From Phycisphaeraceae bacterium (GTDB lineage Bacteria; Planctomycetota; Phycisphaerae; Phycisphaerales; Phycisphaeraceae): a stretch of 64,000 nt of DNA. The translations under genes and the position numbers were made by a program. The DNA is taken from assembly GCA_963674705.1 (NCBI GenBank), contig OY771506.1, positions 1,984,001 through 2,048,000 on the forward strand, written 5' to 3'. The notes below the pieces were generated by a model that saw only the letters and a program-made list of their open reading frames with translations, searched no databases and was not told the DNA's origin. This document shows, piece after piece, positions 28,706 through 37,496 of the stretch. Within the stretch, counting starts at the first letter, position 1; the number at the start of each line of letters is the position of its first letter.

Positions 28706-29929
28706 ATGCAGCTACTGAATAACACCGCAGCCCTTAGGATCATCGATAGCGTCGCCATCGTCTTGGGACAAGCCATGCAACTTGCGCGGGCACGGGTAGC
28801 GTCTGTGGGCTCATCGGTGCTCAGGATGATGGCGGAGCGGGATCACGCACATGGCGAGTCAGATCTGCTGCGGCGTGAGTTGGAGGTCTTCCGAGCCCAG
28901 CGTGAGAACATGCAACCTCACAAACGACCGGAGTACCCACCCGAGCAAAGACTGGCGATCCTGCAGATCATGAGGCTGCGGGGCTGGAACGCGGTCGTTA
29001 CGGCCAAACGGTTCGTGCTTCATCCGAATACCGTCCGCGCCTGGGTTCAGGCCGTGGAGGGGCGTCGTGAATCGGGTCGTCTGTTGGGTGATCTACCGTG
29101 GAACAGGGTCCATGATGCGGTACGTTGGGCGGTCCATGAATTACGTCGTCTTTGCCCTGAACCAGAGATCGGCACCCGAACGGTCGCCAGGCATCTGCTT
29201 CGCTCTGGCATTCAGATCAGCCGGAGCACGGTGCAGCGGGTATCACGTGAAGAGAAGCCACCAAGCCCCAGGCGATCGCGAGCCGGGATGCTGGAAGCGG
29301 CGGGGGCCCAACCGCGTCATCTGCTGGCACCGGTGTCTCCTAACGAGGTCTGGCATCTGGACTTGGCTGAACTTCGTATCGTGCGGTTCCGCTATACGAT
29401 TGCAGCGCTACTGGACGGCTACTCAAGGAAGCTCTTGGCACTCAAGGTCTACCAGAGCTCTCCGAACAGCGCTGACATAGTTGGTCTCATGCGGGATACG
29501 ATCCACCGGTTCGGATCACCGAGATTCCTCATCACGGATCATGAATGTCAGTTCAGGTGGCGCTTCCGCACAGAAGTGGGGGAGCTGAACGTGAAAGTCG
29601 TTCGGGGCCGGGTGCGTTGTCCGGCGTTCAACGGCAAAGTCGAGCGGTTCTTTAAGACCTTACGTACATGGCAACGCCGGACCTTCCTGCCGCTGAGCCT
29701 GTCGGGTATTCAGCGGAAGCTGGATGTGTTTCTTTACTGGTACAACACCGAGAGACCACACCAGGGGATCAAAGGGCTGACGCCAAACGAGGCTTGGGCG
29801 GGTGAAACGCTGACTGGCTCGATCGCGTTCCGGTCAGCAAGAAGCGTATCGCCTCGCATCCGTATCAGACGGCGTTCATGCCGTGGCGACCCGTGCCTAC
29901 CGTCGATCCGTGTCCGTGTTGCCACCTAG
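28706..29929 (+). CDS. DDE integrase-core transposase (IS3/IS481-like superfamily)
   Basis: HTH; WHLD, LLDGYSR, LITDH, NGKVERFFKTL, YNTERPHQGI. Confidence 0.88.
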   Translation: MQLLNNTAALRIIDSVAIVLGQAMQLARARVASVGSSVLRMMAERDHAHGESDLLRRELEVFRAQRENMQPHKRPEYPPEQRLAILQIMRLRGWNAVVTAKRFVLHPNTVRAWVQAVEGRRESGRLLGDLPWNRVHDAVRWAVHELRRLCPEPEIGTRTVARHLLRSGIQISRSTVQRVSREEKPPSPRRSRAGMLEAAGAQPRHLLAPVSPNEVWHLDLAELRIVRFRYTIAALLDGYSRKLLALKVYQSSPNSADIVGLMRDTIHRFGSPRFLITDHECQFRWRFRTEVGELNVKVVRGRVRCPAFNGKVERFFKTLRTWQRRTFLPLSLSGIQRKLDVFLYWYNTERPHQGIKGLTPNEAWAGETLTGSIAFRSARSVSPRIRIRRRSCRGDPCLPSIRVRVAT

Positions 29930-30316
29930 AAAACCAATCCACGAAGACGCCGAACCTCATCGGATGCGCGGTGGCTGCGTCTTTGCCTCGCCACGGGACT
30001 TCTACGTGTGTCAAAGAGCCATCGAAAATGCCTCGATTATGCAGTCACAAACCGTCGGGCCACTACACGGTTACAATCGATCGGGTGCCTTCAAAACAGG
30101 CAAGAGCATAACGTGTTGTGCCTAACCGTTTAATACTATCTGGCGTTTTAACCCAATGTAATACTTTTGTGGCAGATCAAGTCCATACCGGGTCCGTTAC
30201 CCGCAAGAGGCTGAATAATCTTCATGCATGGATGAGCACGCTTTTGCCTATACGAATGTTAAGACGCTCGAGGTTCGAGCGAGGTCGTGTTGTTCTTAAC
30301 AGGTTTGGACTAGACC

Positions 30317-30697
30317 TTATCTTGATTTCATTTCACGGTGACATGGCGATTGGGCTAGAGTGAAAACCAACACTTCTTCACCCGTGACGGTGCTAACATC
30401 GTGATGAAGACTCACAACCTTAGTACCAGTTATGTCGCTTATCATGGCTTCCATCAGCGGACGCGCGGTTTCAATCAGGTGCGTCCGTACCTGCTTGAGT
30501 AAATCCCGCCCCTTCTCCGAGGGCAGCGTTTTAACCAAGTGCTGCTCCGCGGCGGTCAAGACACCCTCAAGCCGGACTACAAGAAAGTCCCGGATCAAAT
30601 GTGCGCGAATACCTTTAGGCCCCCGCCCCATGTAATCCTGTTCAAAACGGCTAATCGCTTCGCAGACTGCGGCCTCAATTTCGCCTAGCGTTTTCAT
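30317..30697 (-). CDS. DUF2294 / MpsC-family protein
   Basis: MKTLGEIEAAVCEAISRFEQDYMGRGPK...RLEGVLTAAEQHL...GRDLLKQVR...SLHHDVSTVTGEEV. Confidence 0.88.
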   Translation of the reverse strand: MKTLGEIEAAVCEAISRFEQDYMGRGPKGIRAHLIRDFLVVRLEGVLTAAEQHLVKTLPSEKGRDLLKQVRTHLIETARPLMEAMISDITGTKVVSLHHDVSTVTGEEVLVFTLAQSPCHREMKSR

Positions 30698-30879
30698 GAT
30701 TGCCTCGGTTGCGTGATTCAATATTGACGTAACATCTGTGAAATCAATGAGACGTGGCTTGCCGGACCCAATAATACCGCCACCACATTGATATGTCCTC
30801 TGGTACTTATTTTACCCAATATCAAACGGGATTACTTGATATGACTTGCTTTCCCAAACAAGCCCGCTATTGTGTAGAT

Positions 30880-31022
30880 AGTGTCGAAGCCAAGGCGGTG
30901 CTATATCGGTTTCGATATCGGATGACTAGGTAAAGGGCAGACCGAATAAGAGGTAGGCCCGTTGACAAGTAAGCCGATGTGGTTCACCACCCCCAGGGTG
31001 CGGAACCACATCGGCTTTTTTT
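30880..31022 (+). promoter_or_regulatory. Conserved leader RNA / transcription attenuator, copy 1
   Basis: TCGGATGACTAG..GGGC-stem-AGGCCCGTTGA..AGTAAGCCGATGTGG; terminator AAGCCGATGTGGTTC/GAACCACATCGGCTT with T-run; repeated at 32864. Confidence 0.85.
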
Positions 31023-31109
31023 CTTGCTGATATCAGTGACTGTTCAGGATGCCTACAAAGCAAGAAATTTCTTTGATTGCAGGTCATCAACGTACAAAAG
31101 GAACCCGTC

Positions 31110-31388
31110 ATGTCCACGATGAACGCGCCGACACTTCAGCCAGCAGGTAGTGACAACCGGTGGGAACATATCGGTGAAAGCCAGGGCTGTGCCAACCACG
31201 ACCATGACATTGTGCATGAGTTGAGTCGGCGCCTAGACGCCGTCTGGCGATACGACCAGTTCATCGCTAACGCGGAAGGTCGTGAAGCACTTCAGTCGTG
31301 CTGGAGAGAATTCAAGGAGCATGATATGCAGAGCATCATGCGTCTGAAGGCGATTTTGAAGAATGAGATTATGAATGGCTGTTTCTGA
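31110..31388 (+). CDS. Small helical hypothetical protein (possibly ferritin-like)
   Basis: SD AAGGA; NHDHDIVHELSRRLDAVWRYDQFIANA; first gene after leader 1. Confidence 0.7.
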   Translation: MSTMNAPTLQPAGSDNRWEHIGESQGCANHDHDIVHELSRRLDAVWRYDQFIANAEGREALQSCWREFKEHDMQSIMRLKAILKNEIMNGCF

Positions 31389-31429
31389 CTCGTATTGATC
31401 ATTTGTGACAATAACCAAAGCAGGATGCG

Positions 31430-31819
31430 ATGAATGAGAACCGACTGACGATGGTCCAGCAGGTGGCAAGGGCAGCCAGTATCTACCAACAACAGCAAAC
31501 CGGTCATGCTCCTAAGAGAGTAACCGTCGTATTGGGCGAGGGGACGCTGGTAATCACGCTACACGGTGCTCTTACTCCCGCAGAACAGGCTTTGGCTGTG
31601 AATCCGGCTGGCGCCGCGGAGGTGCAGAACTTCCATCGTCAACTCTTCGCCAATAGTTCCGATTCACTAAGGAAGGAGATTGAAGCGATCACCGGAATAG
31701 ATATACGTGATGCGGCCTTGGAGGTTGAAACATCGACCGGGTCCGTGTTACACGCCTTCTCCGGCGGCACCGTGGTTCAGGTATTTCTGATGGCTGAGAA
31801 TCTGTCTGTGGAAATATGA
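31430..31819 (+). CDS. DUF2294 / MpsC-like protein
   Basis: QQQTGHAPKRVTVVL..TLVITLHGALTPAEQAL aligns with GRGPK...LEGVLTAAEQHL. Confidence 0.8.
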   Translation: MNENRLTMVQQVARAASIYQQQQTGHAPKRVTVVLGEGTLVITLHGALTPAEQALAVNPAGAAEVQNFHRQLFANSSDSLRKEIEAITGIDIRDAALEVETSTGSVLHAFSGGTVVQVFLMAENLSVEI

Positions 31820-32034
31820 GATGCGGTAACAGAGGACACGCCGCCGGATCCCAACACGGGGTGATTGGATGGGGCATGTTATCACGGATTCGCAGCAAGA
31901 CGGTCGATGCCATCCATTGACAGCGGGCATTCACCCAATTCTCCCGGGCGCAAGATAATTCAGGTAACGGTACGCCGCGATAGTTAAATCGAATTTGTCT
32001 TGTACAAGTTCGATTCATTGAAAGGAAAATGATT

Positions 32035-32187
32035 ATGTTATGGACAATTACAATTATTGCAGTCGTATTATGGCTGCTTGGACTTCTAACCTCTTACACG
32101 CTCGGCGGTGTAATTCACATTCTGCTTGTGATAGCGCTCGTTGCGGTAGTCATTCAATTGATCCAGAATCGCAGGCTCTCGACGTAG
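32035..32187 (+). CDS. lmo0937-family (DUF5670-like) 50-aa membrane protein
   Basis: Not in ORF track; SD GAAAGGA; MLWTITIIAVVLWLLGLLTSYTLGGVIHILLVIALVAVVIQLIQNRRLST. Confidence 0.85.
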   Translation: MLWTITIIAVVLWLLGLLTSYTLGGVIHILLVIALVAVVIQLIQNRRLST

Positions 32188-32218
32188 GAGGCACGCTCAA
32201 ATTCAAAAGGCACGTGGA

Positions 32219-32428
32219 ATGGTAACAATCAAACATTATTCAGAGAGATCTCGACTATCAACATCTCGCTCGGAGGACAACTCGCGGCAAGTCGGGGAAC
32301 ACCCGCCCTCTCACGACGACATCAGCTATCGAGCATATGAGATCTATGTCAGAAATGGCTTCATCCAGGGTCAGTGTAAGCTTGACTGGCATCAAGCGGA
32401 GTGTGAACTGCTAAACAAAAATACATGA
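32219..32428 (+). CDS. DUF2934-domain protein
   Basis: PSHDDISYRAYEIY...G...DWHQAECEL. Confidence 0.8.
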   Translation: MVTIKHYSERSRLSTSRSEDNSRQVGEHPPSHDDISYRAYEIYVRNGFIQGQCKLDWHQAECELLNKNT

Positions 32429-32789
32429 CAAAAGCAATACACGGCGATAGGGCAATCATGGCAACCGTTTAACATACGGGTATTACTGCTAGGCAGAGAC
32501 GGTTGCCGGCCTTACGGAGGGTAAAGGCCGGCACCGGCTGCCCGGTGGGGAATTGGAGTTTATTGACAGATAATAATTACGGTGGCAGCGGAGCAATGAT
32601 GTAAGCAGCAACGTGATCAATCTACAAACGTTTGGTAAGGGGGAACTGCATGCGAATGTGGATGCTTGCCAGATATGATGTGTAGTGACATCGATTGGAT
32701 CGCAGGACGAGGTCGACGGGTATATCACTGCAGCGATGATGTTTGTTAGGCATATATTGATTATTCCCTTGTATGTTACGACAAGAAGT

Positions 32790-32966
32790 TTGATTTAAAT
32801 GCCCTGTTGACTATAATAGATACGAAAATGGAGCCGGAATGAAGTAGATGAAGGTCTCCAGCTTCGGATGACTAGCTAAGGGGCAAGTCGTACACCGCGA
32901 CAGGCCCGTTGAAGAGTAAGCCGATGTGGTTCAGCACCCCAGGTGCCGTTCCACGTCGGCTTTTTT
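32790..32966 (+). promoter_or_regulatory. Promoter plus conserved leader RNA / attenuator, copy 2
   Basis: TTGATT..TATAAT (32790-32817); motif 32864-32966 ends in AAGCCGATGTGG/CCACGTCGGCTT with T6. Confidence 0.85.
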
Positions 32967-33006
32967 GTTTTACCGATTTAGGCCAGCAATGACTGGATTT
33001 ACAACA

Positions 33007-33414
33007 ATGACAAAAGGCATGGCAATCCCAACGATGACACAACAGGTGGAACAACTGGTTATCGCCCAACTCAAACAACAGACCGGCAAGGCGCCGGCCT
33101 CAGTGACGATCGTGTTCTACGGAAGTAGTCTAGCGATCAAGCTGCATGAAGCTCTGTCACCTACCGAGTTAGCAATGCTTAGATGCCCAGAGGGTGCTGA
33201 ACGAGTACAGGAAGTTCAACGCCGATTCTTCTCCAATACATTATCTGTGTTACGGGAGGAGATCAAACGGATCATGGGTCTACACATAGAGGAAGGCAGT
33301 ACCGAGATACAAGCAACGACGGGGACCGTAATCCATACGCTTGGAACAACCAACATTAAGCACAAAATCATGTCCGCTCAGATGGTTTCATGGGACAGTT
33401 GGAGTGGTAGTTGA
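33007..33414 (+). CDS. DUF2294 / MpsC-like protein (divergent)
   Basis: KQQTGKAPASVTIV..LAIKLHEALSPTELAM; paralog of 31430; real start lies after the terminator. Confidence 0.75.
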   Translation: MTKGMAIPTMTQQVEQLVIAQLKQQTGKAPASVTIVFYGSSLAIKLHEALSPTELAMLRCPEGAERVQEVQRRFFSNTLSVLREEIKRIMGLHIEEGSTEIQATTGTVIHTLGTTNIKHKIMSAQMVSWDSWSGS

Positions 33415-33568
33415 CTACCGATCAGAAAGCCCCATCTGCTGACAGACCAGATGGCGAATGGTTTACACGAGAATGAAATTTACAGCTTTATATACAGGAG
33501 AGGTGAGTGTGATGCCTGAATCAATCGGAATAACCTCCCAATCAAACTATTGACCTCATCAGAATTGG

Positions 33569-34477
33569 ATGATGCTCGTGATTTCAACCAGCTTCGATTA
33601 TAAGAAAATCTCGCCCAGAATAGATCCTTCACAACGCCGTCTTGATTGGCCGGTCATCATTGCCATAGGCAGCCTGCACCTGAGCTGCTTGGCGGCGCCT
33701 TGGACTTTTTCATGGACAGGACTGATGCTGGTGCCTTTACTCTACTGGGTGAGTATCGGTCTGGGCATCGGTTTAGGCTATCACCGCCTGCTAACACACC
33801 GGTCCTATCACACGCCCAAGATGGTTGAGTATCTGCTGACAATATTCGCTACACTCAGTTGGCAGGGCGGCCCGGTCCGTTGGGTTGGCACCCACCGCCT
33901 GCATCACCGCGATTCGGACAGGCCGGCAGACCCGCATTCGCCGCGACACGGATTCACATGGGCTCACATTCTTTGGTGCATGTACCAGGATGGCCAAGGT
34001 TTTAAACCGAATGCGGCCGCATTGGATCTTGCTCGCGACCCTGTTCATGCATGGCTCGACCGCTACTTTTATATCCCACAGTTCGTTCTCGCCGCAGTAC
34101 TGTGCGTGGGTGGCTGGGCTCTAGGCGGCCACGAACTGGCTCTGTCATGGCTGGTATGGGGTATCGGCGTGCGTACTGTTCTGGGCTATCACGGCACATG
34201 GTTCGTCAACTCGGCATCACACACTTGGGGTTACCGTAACTTCAATACGAATGACAACTCGCGTAATAACTGGTGGGTGGCACTTCTCTCATTCGGCGAG
34301 GGCTGGCATAACAATCATCACGCACAGCAACGATCTGCGGCACACGGAATGCGCTGGTACGAGTTTGACCTGACGTACTGGACGATCCGCCTTATGGAGA
34401 CTGTTGGTTTGGCCAAACAAATAGTACGGCCCCGTCGCCCCTCTATGACTGTGCCTCTTCTGCGTTCATCAAGTTGA
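33569..34477 (+). CDS. Delta-9-type acyl-lipid/acyl-CoA fatty acid desaturase
   Basis: His boxes YHRLLTHRS, HRLHH, GEGWHNNHH; DPHSP; VNSASH. Confidence 0.95.
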   Translation: MMLVISTSFDYKKISPRIDPSQRRLDWPVIIAIGSLHLSCLAAPWTFSWTGLMLVPLLYWVSIGLGIGLGYHRLLTHRSYHTPKMVEYLLTIFATLSWQGGPVRWVGTHRLHHRDSDRPADPHSPRHGFTWAHILWCMYQDGQGFKPNAAALDLARDPVHAWLDRYFYIPQFVLAAVLCVGGWALGGHELALSWLVWGIGVRTVLGYHGTWFVNSASHTWGYRNFNTNDNSRNNWWVALLSFGEGWHNNHHAQQRSAAHGMRWYEFDLTYWTIRLMETVGLAKQIVRPRRPSMTVPLLRSSS

Positions 34478-34522
34478 TCGCAAACGTAACATTCCATCAG
34501 TCACAATCTGGATATAGCACAC

Positions 34523-34960
34523 ATGGCTACCGTTAAAGATATTCTTGTTAATAATGATCGCCCGGTCCCCAGCATCGGTCCGCAAGTTACAGTGCTGCAG
34601 GCAGCAAAGCAAATGAACGGTTACAAGGTTGGGGCCTTGGTTGTATGTGCGAATGGAGAATGCCTGGGCATCTTTACTGAACGGGATCTGTTACGGTGTT
34701 TTGCGTCAACACCAGACGTATTGCAGCAGACATTAGTTGACGCAGTCATGACCCGTGACCTGCTGGTTTGCTCGCCAAACACAACAATAAAAGATGCTCG
34801 GCTTCTGATGGTGGCTCGGAAAATTCGCAATCTGCCGGTTATCGACACCACAGGGGCCGTGATAGGCTTGATCTCGCTCGGGGACCTGGATGCCCACGAA
34901 CTAGGTGATCATGAGTTAGAGAATCACTACCTGAAAAAGTATCTATACACTCGCAATTAA
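34523..34960 (+). CDS. CBS-domain pair protein
   Basis: VGALVV..GIFTERDLL; VMTR; IRNLPVID..GLISLGDL. Confidence 0.92.
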   Translation: MATVKDILVNNDRPVPSIGPQVTVLQAAKQMNGYKVGALVVCANGECLGIFTERDLLRCFASTPDVLQQTLVDAVMTRDLLVCSPNTTIKDARLLMVARKIRNLPVIDTTGAVIGLISLGDLDAHELGDHELENHYLKKYLYTRN

Positions 34961-35010
34961 GTTTATACACAATCGGTCGAGACAACGCCGTTCAGGGCAT
35001 GGTTCAATAA

Positions 35011-36591
35011 ATGGTAGAGACTTGCATACAGTATGGTCAGGATGCGCGTGATGCATTACGCCGCGGTGTCACCAAGCTTGCGCGTACTGTCAAAGTTACC
35101 CTCGGCCCATCCGGTAAAGCTGTAGCGATACAAAATAGCTGTGATTCGCCATCATTCAGTAGAGACGGAGCCACGGTTGCATCGCAGATCATTTTGAATA
35201 ACCCCATCGAAAACATGGGTGCACAGATGATTAAGGAAGTAGCGGCCAGGTGCTCGATTGATGCCGGCGACGGTACAACAACCGCCATTGTTTACGCGGA
35301 AGCCATCTTTCTACAAGGTCTTAGGAACGTGGCTGCCGGCGCAAACCCGATCGAGGTCCAAAGCGGTATCGCCAAAGCCGTAATGGTAATTGTAACCGAG
35401 CTTAAGCGGATCTCCAGGACGGTTACAACCCCAAGCGATATCGCTCGGGTGGGCTTCTGTGCCGCGCATCAGGACGAGGATATCCTCCTAATCCTTACAA
35501 AAGCAATAGATCTCGTTGGCGGCACCGGTGTAATCACCGTCGAGGAAGGCCAGTCAAGAGAAACCGTGGTTGAATACCTCCAAGGGATGCAATTCAACAA
35601 AGGGTATGCCTCGTCTTACTTCGTCACAGATCAGCCCAAGATGAACTGCACGCTCGAAGACGCCTTTGTGCTTATTCATGAAAACAAATTGAATTCGGCG
35701 GTGAAACTGCTTCCTCTTCTAAGTAAGGTCGCCGAGGCTGGCAAACCCCTTTTGATCATCGCCGAGGACTTCAGCCGTGATGTCCTTGCAACGCTCATAA
35801 TCAATATAAGCCGAGCAGCCCTGAAAGTATGTGCGGTCAGAGCCCCCAGCTTTGGAAGCAGCCGCAAGGACCTGCTTGACGACATCGCCATGTTAACCAA
35901 GGGGCGAGCCATCACGGATGTGCTGGGTCTGGACATCGCGAAGCTTGATCTCGAAGATCTAGGCCGCGCCAAGAAGATCGTGATCGACAGCGACACAGCC
36001 ACGATCATCGTCGATTCGAACCATTCGGCCGTGATGAATGCGAGGCTAGCGGCACTGAAGAAGGAAATCGACTCACATCCGGACAAATACGAGCAGCGGT
36101 TGCTAAGGGAGCGTGTAGCTCGGTTATCCGGCGGTATCGCCCAGATCATCGTGGGGGGCTCAACAGAATCAGAGATCAAAGCCAGGAAAGCCCGATTCGA
36201 CGACGCCGTTCATGCATGTAGAGCCGCCGTCGAAGAAGGGATTCTGCCCGGCGGCGGCAGCGCAGTCCTACGCACCCGCAAGCTATTGTTAGCCTTGAAG
36301 CGGTCATGTGTCGGTGACGAGCAAGTCGGTGTAGATATTATTTGGAAGGCGGTTGCGGCCCCAATTATTCAGATCGCTAGGAACGCCGGCCACAACGGCT
36401 CCGTAGTCGCCGACGTGGTGGAGCAATCAACCGAGTTGAATTATGGATTTGATGCCATCACAGGGGAGTACGGCAATCTTATTGAGATGGGTGTTCTGGT
36501 ATCCACTAAGGTCGAACGCATCGCCTTCGAGAAGGCCGCATCGATTGCGGGACTGCTTTTGAATACTGCTGCCGTGATTTCCAGGATTTAG
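35011..36591 (+). CDS. groEL: Chaperonin GroEL (divergent paralog)
   Basis: VKVTLGP, AGDGTTTA, GMQFNKGY.S.YF, KPLLIIAED, ERVARLSGG, AAVEEGILPGGG. Confidence 0.93.
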   Translation: MVETCIQYGQDARDALRRGVTKLARTVKVTLGPSGKAVAIQNSCDSPSFSRDGATVASQIILNNPIENMGAQMIKEVAARCSIDAGDGTTTAIVYAEAIFLQGLRNVAAGANPIEVQSGIAKAVMVIVTELKRISRTVTTPSDIARVGFCAAHQDEDILLILTKAIDLVGGTGVITVEEGQSRETVVEYLQGMQFNKGYASSYFVTDQPKMNCTLEDAFVLIHENKLNSAVKLLPLLSKVAEAGKPLLIIAEDFSRDVLATLIINISRAALKVCAVRAPSFGSSRKDLLDDIAMLTKGRAITDVLGLDIAKLDLEDLGRAKKIVIDSDTATIIVDSNHSAVMNARLAALKKEIDSHPDKYEQRLLRERVARLSGGIAQIIVGGSTESEIKARKARFDDAVHACRAAVEEGILPGGGSAVLRTRKLLLALKRSCVGDEQVGVDIIWKAVAAPIIQIARNAGHNGSVVADVVEQSTELNYGFDAITGEYGNLIEMGVLVSTKVERIAFEKAASIAGLLLNTAAVISRI

Positions 36592-36738
36592 TCGGTGGTG
36601 AGAATAGTGATGCTGGCTGATGTGTATGTCGCACGTCATGCGACAGGTATCAGGGCCGCTTTGAATAATTGCTGGTACTGAGGATAACCACAGACGCCAA
36701 GAATTCGACGTCGACCATATCATCGAAAAACGCACCTG

Positions 36739-37149
36739 ATGAGTGAGGAAAGCAAAATGTCTTCCATATCACCGACAAGTACGATAGCCGTCGTGGATAT
36801 TCCGGATAAGTACGGTATCACACGACTCAACAGAGCCACCTGGAGCAGGAATCCACGTGCAGTAGAGTTTTTGCTTGCTAAAGGGGCCAATATCAATGGT
36901 CTGGGCTACCACGGGCACACCTTGCTCCAGAGCGCCGCTATCTGCAATGACATGCCTTGGACCAGGCTGCTTCTGGATTACGGCGCAGATCCAAACGCTT
37001 TGGATCCAGGCAACGGACTGTCGGCTTTGAATTATGCAGTGCAAGCCGGACACAAGGAGATTGTTGAACTACTGCTTGCCCATGGCGCTAAACGAGGACG
37101 ATCAGTGCCGCACGATCAACCATTGCCGGCAGATGAATCCGAGACATAA
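36739..37149 (+). CDS. Ankyrin-repeat protein
   Basis: VEFLLAKGANIN, LLLDYGADPN, SALNYAVQAGHKEIVELLLAHGA. Confidence 0.88.
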   Translation: MSEESKMSSISPTSTIAVVDIPDKYGITRLNRATWSRNPRAVEFLLAKGANINGLGYHGHTLLQSAAICNDMPWTRLLLDYGADPNALDPGNGLSALNYAVQAGHKEIVELLLAHGAKRGRSVPHDQPLPADESET

Positions 37150-37160
37150 AGATTATTTGA

Positions 37161-37421
37161 ATGAGCAACCACAAACATGACTTCCCAACCCGAGCGAGAG
37201 AGATGCCTTCGATGGTCCACTATCTTGCTGAACATCAACAGAGCATTACCGGGCCCAGGACCTTGGCCCAGACATTTACCGATTATCGGCGACTTTTACT
37301 ATCCGGAGCGGTCAAACTGGTCAGATATGAACATGAGCAAATCCTAAGTATGAACCCAGACAAAGTGAACTGGATCGACGCCTATGAATGGTGGAAGAGT
37401 AGTTCTGAAACAATGTCTTGA
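37161..37421 (+). CDS. Hypothetical protein
   Basis: Co-directional ORF filling the gap; no recognisable motif. Confidence 0.4.
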   Translation: MSNHKHDFPTRAREMPSMVHYLAEHQQSITGPRTLAQTFTDYRRLLLSGAVKLVRYEHEQILSMNPDKVNWIDAYEWWKSSSETMS

Positions 37422-37496
37422 CGACATACGAGATAGGCCCGCCTCAGTATTTGGGGTGATGCCGTTTGAATCACAGAGAGGTGGTGAGCATAAGCC

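Noticed and set aside
28513..30103. Imperfect 13-bp IR (TTGACTGTTTTGA / TCAAAACAGGCAA) as ends of the 28706 element
   Set aside because: It is short, has no target duplication and is single-copy here, so the element boundaries cannot be supported.
30971..31022. Treating the hairpins at 30971 and 32918 as plain end-of-gene terminators
   Set aside because: No sense gene ends just upstream, they follow promoters, and they are preceded by a conserved 50-nt motif.
32926..33006. ORF-track N-terminal extensions (also 2382, 15274, 24001, 43750, 49685, 51560)
   Set aside because: They run through promoters or terminators; downstream starts fit SD sequences, signal peptides or paralog alignment.
33551..33553. 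Selenocysteine recoding of the in-frame TGA before the desaturase
   Set aside because: No SECIS-like hairpin is evident and the position is not a catalytic Cys.
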